DNA of 64,000 nt from Candidatus Marinacidobacterales bacterium (GTDB taxonomy: Bacteria > Acidobacteriota > Vicinamibacteria > Marinacidobacterales > SMYC01). Below, in pieces: positions 57,709-64,000 of the stretch. Both the position numbers and the translations under genes were made by a program. Each line of letters starts with the position of its first letter. The stretch's first letter is position 1. The DNA lies in contig CBDCYI010000004.1 in assembly GCA_965224085.1 (NCBI GenBank), positions 1,216,001 through 1,280,000 on the forward strand, written 5' to 3'. The notes beneath the pieces were generated by a model. That model made no database searches. It was not told the origin of the DNA and saw nothing but the letters and a program-made list of their open reading frames with translations.

Positions 57709-59549
57709 CCGACACGCTTCCGAAGCTTCTTTGCGAGCGCGCGTCAACTTCGCCGGATGCGCAGGCGCTTCGCGAAAAGCGTTTTGGGATCTGGCGCGCT
57801 ATCACGTGGCGCGGCTATCGCGACCGCGTCGAGGAGCTTTGTCTCGGCCTGCGAGCTCTCGGTATCGGCCGGGGCGACAAAATCGCGATCGTCGGGGACA
57901 ACCGGCCCGAGTGGGTGCTCTCGGAACTCGCGGCGCAAGCGCTGGGCGCGATCCCACTCGGTATCTACCAGGACTCCGTCAGCGAGGAGCTCGTCGTGCT
58001 CGCCGACGCCTCCGAGGCGAAGGCTCTCATTGCCGAAGATCAAGAGCAGGTCGACAAGGTTTTGGAAGTGCGCCACCGCCTTCCCGAACTCAAGCGCGTC
58101 ATCGTGAGCGATCCTCGCGGGATGCGAGGCTACAACGATTCTTGCCTGATGGCGCTTTCAGAGCTCGCTGTTTCTGGACGCGCGTCCCAAAAAGACGACC
58201 CGGGCCGGTTTGATGCGCTCGTCTCGGAGACGTCGCCCGACGATGTCGCGCTTTTTGCCACCACGTCGGGCACGACGGGGACACCCAAGCTCGCGATGCT
58301 GACCCATCGCAATCTCGTCTCGATGGCACGGAGCTTGATGGCGGTCGATCCGCTCGGCCCTCCTGACGAGCTCGTGTCGTTTCTTCCGCTCGCCTGGGTA
58401 GGAGAGCAGATGATGTCGGTGTCTTCCGCGCTCGTGGCCGGCGCGACCGTGAACTTTCCCGAGGAGCCGGAGACGGTCACGCAAGACCTTCGGGAGATTG
58501 CGCCGCACGTCATGTTCTCGCCTCCTCGGATTTGGGAAAGCCTCTTGTCGGAAGTGCAAATGAAGCGTGCTGACGCGACTTGGCTGAAGCGTCGCGTGCT
58601 CGACTGGGCGCTCGACGGGAATCATAGCGGCGTTTCTAAAAGCCTCGCGGATCTCGTCTGCCTGTATTGGATTCGCGACGGACTCGGACTCCGGCGGTTG
58701 AGACACGCCTATACCGGCGGCGCCGCGCTCGGACCCGATACCCTACGGTTTTTTCACGAGCTTGGCGTGAACTTGAAGCAGATCTACGGTCAGACGGAAG
58801 TCTCCGGCATCTCGGTCGTGCATCGTGACGGCGCGGTGAAGCCGGACACCATGGGTGAGCCCCTCCCCGGGACCGAGCTTCGCATTACGGAGGACGGAGA
58901 GATCATCTCGCGGAGCCAAGCGGTCTTCGCCGGCTATTACAAGAACGAGGCCGGTACTCGGGAAGTGCTCCGAGACGGCTGGCTCCATTCGGGCGACGCG
59001 GGCTATGTCGATGCGGATGGGCAGCTCGTCGTGATCGACCGCGTCGAAGACGTCGCTCACCTCACGGATGGCACGCCCTTTAGCCCCCAATTCGTGGAGA
59101 ACAAGCTCAAGTTCAGCCCTTACGTTCGAGAAGCGGTCGTCTTTGGCGGCGATGGCCGTCCCTTCGTCACCGCACTCATCTCGATCGACTTCCAGAATGT
59201 CGGCACGTGGGCGGAGAGGCGGCAAGTGCCGTTCACGACCTTCGTAGACTTGTCCCAACAAGAAGCCGTGCTCGAGCTGCTGACGGCGGAGCTTCGCCGC
59301 GTCAACGAGCGGCTTCCCGAGGCGATGCGAGTGACGCGTTTCCTCCTCCTTCACAAGGAGCTCGACGCAGACGACGCGGAACTCACGCGTACCCGCAAAG
59401 TGCGTCGCCAAACGGTGGCGGAGCGTTATTGCGATCTCGTCACGGCGCTCGATGGGAAGGCGTCCACGGTCGCGCTCGAGACCGAGATTCGTTATCAGGA
59501 CGGCCGTTGTGCGCAGATATCGGTCTACATCCCGATCGTGAGGCTCTGA
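57705..59549 (+). CDS. Long-chain fatty acid-CoA ligase
   Basis: TTSGTTGTPK, SFLPLAW, QIYGQTE, GWLHSGDAG, ELTRTRKVRR. Confidence 0.9.
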   Translation: MTDTLPKLLCERASTSPDAQALREKRFGIWRAITWRGYRDRVEELCLGLRALGIGRGDKIAIVGDNRPEWVLSELAAQALGAIPLGIYQDSVSEELVVLADASEAKALIAEDQEQVDKVLEVRHRLPELKRVIVSDPRGMRGYNDSCLMALSELAVSGRASQKDDPGRFDALVSETSPDDVALFATTSGTTGTPKLAMLTHRNLVSMARSLMAVDPLGPPDELVSFLPLAWVGEQMMSVSSALVAGATVNFPEEPETVTQDLREIAPHVMFSPPRIWESLLSEVQMKRADATWLKRRVLDWALDGNHSGVSKSLADLVCLYWIRDGLGLRRLRHAYTGGAALGPDTLRFFHELGVNLKQIYGQTEVSGISVVHRDGAVKPDTMGEPLPGTELRITEDGEIISRSQAVFAGYYKNEAGTREVLRDGWLHSGDAGYVDADGQLVVIDRVEDVAHLTDGTPFSPQFVENKLKFSPYVREAVVFGGDGRPFVTALISIDFQNVGTWAERRQVPFTTFVDLSQQEAVLELLTAELRRVNERLPEAMRVTRFLLLHKELDADDAELTRTRKVRRQTVAERYCDLVTALDGKASTVALETEIRYQDGRCAQISVYIPIVRL

Positions 59550-59553
59550 GCGG

Positions 59554-60381
59554 ATGGACGTTCTAGCCGAGCTCACCGTGGCGGGCCTCGCCAACGGGAT
59601 GATCTACGCCCTCATCGCGATTGGCTTCATTATTATTTATAAAGCCACCGACGTCATCAATTTCGCGCAAGGACCGCTCCTTCTTCTCGGGGCCTATCTC
59701 GGCTACACCTTCCTTTCGCTTCAGATTCCCGTTTGGCTCGGCATCGGCCTCGCGCTCGGCGTTGCCGCCCTCGTGGGCGTCGCGATGGCCCGCTTCGCGC
59801 TGCGTCCTCTCATCGGCAAGCCGGTCATCTCGATGATCATGGCGACGGTCGCGCTCTCGAGCATCTTGCACGCCTTGATTCAAGGCATTTGGGGCGTGAG
59901 GCCACGAAACTTTCCCTTGGACGTCGATCGGCCGGTCGTCATCGGTGTGGCGGCGGTGTCGCTTGTCGCTCTAGGCTGGTTCTTCCGCCGCAGCCGTGAA
60001 GGCCTCGCGATGCGGGCCGTCGCCGACGATCAGCAAGCCGCGATGAGCGTGGGCGTTAGCCTGCCTCGAACGCTTTCGCTCGCGTGGGCGCTCGCCTCGG
60101 CCGCGGCGGCGCTCGGAGGCATTCTGCTCGCGGGTCTCGTCGGCGTCAGCCAAAACATCACTGCCACCGGTCTTCGCGTGTTCCCGGTCGTGATCCTCGG
60201 CGGACTCGATTCGATTGCCGGCGCGGTGATTGGCGGGGCACTCATAGGTCTCGTGGAGGCTTACGCGGGCGGCTATGTCGGCAAGGGCGTTCAGACGCTC
60301 GTCCCTTTCGCGCTTCTTCTCCTCGTGCTGATGGTGCGGCCGTACGGGCTGTTCGGCAAGCGCCGGATGGAAAGAGTGTAG
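59554..60381 (+). CDS. Liv-type ABC permease (LivH-like)
   Basis: YALIAIGF..VINFAQG, GLAMRAVADD, ILGGLDS, RPYGLFG. Confidence 0.88.
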   Translation: MDVLAELTVAGLANGMIYALIAIGFIIIYKATDVINFAQGPLLLLGAYLGYTFLSLQIPVWLGIGLALGVAALVGVAMARFALRPLIGKPVISMIMATVALSSILHALIQGIWGVRPRNFPLDVDRPVVIGVAAVSLVALGWFFRRSREGLAMRAVADDQQAAMSVGVSLPRTLSLAWALASAAAALGGILLAGLVGVSQNITATGLRVFPVVILGGLDSIAGAVIGGALIGLVEAYAGGYVGKGVQTLVPFALLLLVLMVRPYGLFGKRRMERV

Positions 60382-60387
60382 GCCGCT

Positions 60388-61431
60388 TTGCGCTCGGGAC
60401 ATTTCTTCACCAGCTACGCGGCGAACACCGCGCTCTTCCGTACACCGCTCGAGCGGCGGCGAATGGGCCTCTTTGCCGTTTTGGTCATCGTCTTTCCGTT
60501 CGTCGCGACCTCTTACGGCTTGTCGCTCGCGAATCAGATCGCTATTGCCACCGTCGGCGCCATCGGTCTCAATATCCTCGTGGGCTACACGGGACAGATC
60601 TCGCTCGGCCAAGGAGCTTTCATGGCGGTAGGCGCTTACGCGAGCGGGCTCGCCACCATCGAGTGGGGCCTTCCCTTCTGGCTCAGCATCCCGATCGCGA
60701 GTTTTTTCACAGCGGCCGTTGGAGTGTTCTTCGGTCTACCCTCGCTCCGGTTGAAGGGGCTCTATCTCGCTGTCGCGACGCTGGCCGCGCAGCAGATCGT
60801 CGAATGGATCGTCACTCATTGGACGGGCCTTACCGGCGGCACCGAAGCGCTCGTCGTGCCCGCGCCGCGTCTTTTCGGTGCGCGGATGAACACCGATTTC
60901 CGTTTCTATTGGTTCGCGCTGGCCGCGGCGAGCGGGACGGCGCTCTTTGCAGCCAATCTTTTTCGCTCGCGGGTGGGACGTGCCTTTCTCGCGATCCGCG
61001 ACCAGGACATCGCGGCCGAAGCTTCCGGGGTCAACCTGTTCCGCTACAAGCTCACGGCGTTCGCGGTGTCGTCTTTTTTCGTCGGCATGTCGGGAGCGCT
61101 CATCGCGCATTACCGTACGATCGTGACGTGGGAGCGCTTCACGCTCGAGGTGAGCATTCTCTACCTCGCGATGGTCATCGTCGGCGGGCTCGGAAGTATC
61201 GTGGGCTCGTTTCTCGGTGCTTCGGTCCTAACACTCTTGCCCGCGCTCATCGCCACATCCGGCCGCGCGCTTCAGACGAGCTTCCCAGGTGTTGCCGAGA
61301 TCTTGCCCGCGGTGCAAGAAGGTGTCTTCGGGCTCATCGTTTTGCTCGTGCTCATCCTCGAGCCCCGTGGCCTCGCCAAGCTCTGGTCGAACGTGAAGAC
61401 CTATTTTCGGCTATGGCCGTTTTCCTATTAG
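60388..61431 (+). CDS. Liv-type ABC permease (LivM-like)
   Basis: GLNILVGYTGQISLGQGAF, RLKGLYLAVATLA, GRAFLAIRD, VGGLGS, EPRGL. Confidence 0.9.
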   Translation: MRSGHFFTSYAANTALFRTPLERRRMGLFAVLVIVFPFVATSYGLSLANQIAIATVGAIGLNILVGYTGQISLGQGAFMAVGAYASGLATIEWGLPFWLSIPIASFFTAAVGVFFGLPSLRLKGLYLAVATLAAQQIVEWIVTHWTGLTGGTEALVVPAPRLFGARMNTDFRFYWFALAAASGTALFAANLFRSRVGRAFLAIRDQDIAAEASGVNLFRYKLTAFAVSSFFVGMSGALIAHYRTIVTWERFTLEVSILYLAMVIVGGLGSIVGSFLGASVLTLLPALIATSGRALQTSFPGVAEILPAVQEGVFGLIVLLVLILEPRGLAKLWSNVKTYFRLWPFSY

Positions 61432-61499
61432 CTTGGCTGGTACCGGCGGACGATATCGCGGCCCCGACTCTGCTTTGGAGAATCGAGAATCCAGCGAGA

Positions 61500-61729
61500 T
61501 CTGGTACTGGTCGGAGTACGGCAGCGGAACGTTGGGGTCGATTTGGGTAGAGCCTCCGCCGCTGGAACCTCGCTCCCGAGCTGGAGACAAGATCATCATG
61601 CGCGCCGAGGTGAATTTGGTTGGCGTGGTGTCGAGCTGTCCCATGGATCTGACGCCGACCGGGTCCGACGGCATTACAGATATCGAGGTGCTGGTGTCGG
61701 ATGATGTAGAGAGCCTTCCAAGGCTGTGA
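61500..61729 (+). pseudogene. C-terminal fragment of a DUF1989 (urea-carboxylase-associated) family gene
   Basis: SRAGDKIIMRAEVNLVGVVSSCPMD resembles the DUF1989 C-terminal motif; N-terminal part absent; start approximate. Confidence 0.55.
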
Positions 61730-61778
61730 GCGGATTGTCGCGGGTCGACTCTCCGATCGGGAGAACGAACAGCAGAAA

Positions 61779-62042
61779 TCAAGTGGAGGGGTCAGCAGGC
61801 GCGAGCTTTTCCTGGAGCCAGAGATTCACGAGTGTCTCTACGGAGACGCCACTTTTCCTGGCTCGTTTTTCGAGCTCGTCGACAAGCTCCTTCTCGATCG
61901 CCACAAAGGTTCTGTGCTCTCCCGATTCGACCTCGAACTGGACAATTTCCGACGGGTAATCTGCAACGCTATGAGTATCCCAGAAGTCCGATGCTCTATC
62001 GATCGTCATCGCGTTCGGGATGGCATCGATCTTATCTGCCAT
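61779..62042 (-). CDS. CopG/BrnA-like antitoxin
   Basis: ASDFWDTHSVADY motif followed by RHH-like LEKRARKSGVSVETLVNLWL; overlaps the toxin 3' end. Confidence 0.82.
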   Translation of the reverse strand: MADKIDAIPNAMTIDRASDFWDTHSVADYPSEIVQFEVESGEHRTFVAIEKELVDELEKRARKSGVSVETLVNLWLQEKLAPADPST

Positions 62043-62313
62043 ACTGTTTGCGTTCCTTCGAGTCCATGTCTCTCGCAGTGATGATGAGGGCTCGACCACC
62101 CAGCTTTCTGATGAAGACCACCGTCAAGTAGCGACCCGCTTCCGTCTGTCCGTAGGCCCCATAAACATCTTCGCCTTCGACCTTACCTTTTTCCAGTCGA
62201 CGGAATTGAGGCGGCGCCAGGAATACCTCCTCCACTTCATCGAGGCTAACACGGTGCTTCGCTTCGATTTTTTCGACGATATTTCGCAGCCATATGAAGC
62301 CCGAAATCCTCAC
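62032..62313 (-). CDS. BrnT-family toxin
   Basis: FIW..KIEAKHRVSLDEVEEVF, GQTEAGRYLTVVF, IITARDM..KERKQY. Confidence 0.85.
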   Translation of the reverse strand: MRISGFIWLRNIVEKIEAKHRVSLDEVEEVFLAPPQFRRLEKGKVEGEDVYGAYGQTEAGRYLTVVFIRKLGGRALIITARDMDSKERKQYGR

Positions 62314-62404
62314 TTGCTGCAATTCTAGCATGCTTTCCAGACGAGAAAGCCGAGCTTCGATTTCATGACGTCCTGCACCGTCTGTTTACATCCCGGCTCT
62401 GGCG

Positions 62405-63491
62405 TGCCTTGGTGCACAACTCGCGATCTCGGTCCACAATTGTCCTTTACTCACGGATTCGAGGTTCCCCATGAGCATTTTCAAACGCACTCAGCGGAAG
62501 TATGTGAAGAAGGCCTATCGCGTGAGGAATTGGCGTGAATATGAGGCGGGTCTACGCAACCGTGGGAGCCTGACCGTCTGGATCTCGCTCACCGCCGGCA
62601 AGCTTGTGAACTGGGACGCGCCCCGGCCGAGGAGGAGGAAACCGGGCCGTCAACGCAAGTACTCGAACCACGCCATCGAGACGGCTGTCACCCTGGGCAT
62701 GGTGTTTCATCTGTCATCTAGACAGAGCGAGGGATTGCTGCGATCGTTGTTCGCTCTGATGAAGCTAGACAATGATGTGCCCGATCACACCACGATCTCG
62801 AGGCGCAAGGCGAAGCTGGGTAAGGTCCCCTTCTACCAAGACAAGCAGAAGACGCCGTTGCACATCTTGATCGACAGCAGCGGTCTCGCTGTCCACGCCG
62901 GCCAGCTGCGCAGAGCACCAAATAGCAGGGACTATCGCAAGCTCCATCTGTGTGTAGACGAGCAGACTGGCGAAGTCGTCGCCTGCGAGCTGACGAGCAA
63001 AAGAGCCCGCGATTCATCGCGGGTTGCATCGCTTGTCAGACAGATCGACAGTCCCATCTCATCGGCCAGAGCTGACACCGCATACGACGCCAGCGGCGTC
63101 TATGAGGCAATCGAGAATCACAGCGCTCATCGCTCACCGAGGGTGCTGATACCGCCGCGCAAGGGCGCCCTGCTCGCATCGGGGCCGGCGAGCAGCCGAC
63201 AGCGCAATCGCAACATTGCAGCACAAGCTCGGCTCGGCAAACGAAAGTGGCACACAGAATCGGGCTACAGCAAACGGAGCAAAGTCGAGACAACGTTCCA
63301 TCGCTACAAGGCTATCGTGGGCTCAGCGATGCGAGCGAGAGGGTTGGCGGCACAGAGAGTCGAGGCAAGGATCGGGTGCAAGATTCTCAACACCATGACG
63401 GCGCTCGGGATGCCTGATAGCGAGATGATCGGATGATGGGAGTCGGGGCCAAGCGAGCTCTCGGCCTCTATCGGAGTTGTGCACCAAGGCA
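62405..63491 (+). mobile_element. IS5 family (IS903 group) element, copy B, 1087 bp
   Basis: Same 18-bp IRs as copy A; differs by scattered substitutions (about 6 aa changes); no target duplication. Confidence 0.92.
62471..63436 (+). CDS. IS5/IS903-group DDE transposase
   Basis: Near-identical to 35062-36027. Confidence 0.93.
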   Translation: MSIFKRTQRKYVKKAYRVRNWREYEAGLRNRGSLTVWISLTAGKLVNWDAPRPRRRKPGRQRKYSNHAIETAVTLGMVFHLSSRQSEGLLRSLFALMKLDNDVPDHTTISRRKAKLGKVPFYQDKQKTPLHILIDSSGLAVHAGQLRRAPNSRDYRKLHLCVDEQTGEVVACELTSKRARDSSRVASLVRQIDSPISSARADTAYDASGVYEAIENHSAHRSPRVLIPPRKGALLASGPASSRQRNRNIAAQARLGKRKWHTESGYSKRSKVETTFHRYKAIVGSAMRARGLAAQRVEARIGCKILNTMTALGMPDSEMIG

Positions 63492-63883
63492 GCGGCGCAG
63501 CGGCGCTTGTCGCGTCGGGTGGAGTGCTGAACGTTGCCTCGCTGGTGGGTTTTATCACCCTTTTCGGTATCGCCGTCAGAAACGGCATCCTGCTCGTCAG
63601 CCACTATAATCGCCTGATGCTAGAAGGTGAGCCTCGCCGGGAAGCGGTCTTTCGCGGCTCTATCGAACGTCTGAATCCTATCCTCATGACGGCGTTGACG
63701 GCGGCTCTCGCGCTCATGCCACTCGCTATCGGCGGAGGTGAGGCCGGAAAGGAGATCCAGTCCCCGATGGCGGTCGTCGTCCTTGGAGGACTTCTGAGCT
63801 CGACCGCCCTCAACATGATTGTAGTGCCCGCTCTTTTTGTTCGCTACGGGAAGCCGGCGCGCGTCGCGGAAGTCCTTGAATGA
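63492..63883 (+). pseudogene. 3' fragment of a CzcA/CusA-type RND permease
   Basis: [47 protein letters not shown]; begins at the IS right IR. Confidence 0.85.
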
Positions 63884-64000
63884 AGAAGAGCTCGCTACCC
63901 GTGATGCGAATGTAAAGCGTCGGTTCGACTCGCGACTCGGAAATGACGGCGACCATGCCTGGCCGGGCGTCGGGCTCGTCGACGGCGGCGACCATCATCT

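Noticed and set aside
60084-61550. 488-aa alternative-frame ORF over the permeases
   Set aside because: Arg/Ala-rich off-frame translation overlapping clear LivH/LivM genes.
34996-63491. Composite transposon bounded by the two direct IS5 copies
   Set aside because: Outer flanks share no target duplication, and the cargo is housekeeping (rlmN, pur operon).
63880-64000. Short ORFs at the window end
   Set aside because: Too little sequence and no recognisable motif.
1-64000. tRNA or rRNA genes
   Set aside because: No cloverleaf with a T-loop consensus or rRNA-like tract was recognised by eye; tRNAscan-SE and barrnap would be decisive.

Overview
GC-rich bacterial chromosome segment. Gene content (tandem VPS10/BNR propeller proteins, an ADOP-permease remnant, secreted S9/M24 peptidases, heptamer repeats) suggests an Acidobacteriota-like organism; this is an inference. 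Housekeeping blocks (queG, kbl, rlmN, purB-S-Q-L-F) alternate with accessory modules: two split-barrel (PNPOx-like) proteins plus a GAF histidine kinase; an ECF sigma/ZAS anti-sigma/Spy-like/two-RND operon; a PIN toxin with an unusually large antitoxin; an orphan GHKL (MORC-like) ATPase with an Ig-like domain; a cytochrome c/beta-barrel fusion; a Liv-type ABC + hydrolase + acyl-CoA synthetase operon; and a BrnT-type TA pair. Mobile DNA comprises three IS5 (IS903-group) copies without target duplications, an IS1111-type (IS110 family) element whose 3' non-coding RNA guides match its own target and donor sites and whose right end is duplicated and scrambled, an IS1634 remnant and a group II intron 3' remnant. 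Many genes are truncated or internally deleted (dnaK, GGT, sulfatase, czcA-like, DUF819), indicating genome erosion and/or assembly artefacts. No rRNA, tRNA or CRISPR array was seen. All family assignments come from motif recognition by eye, not database searches.
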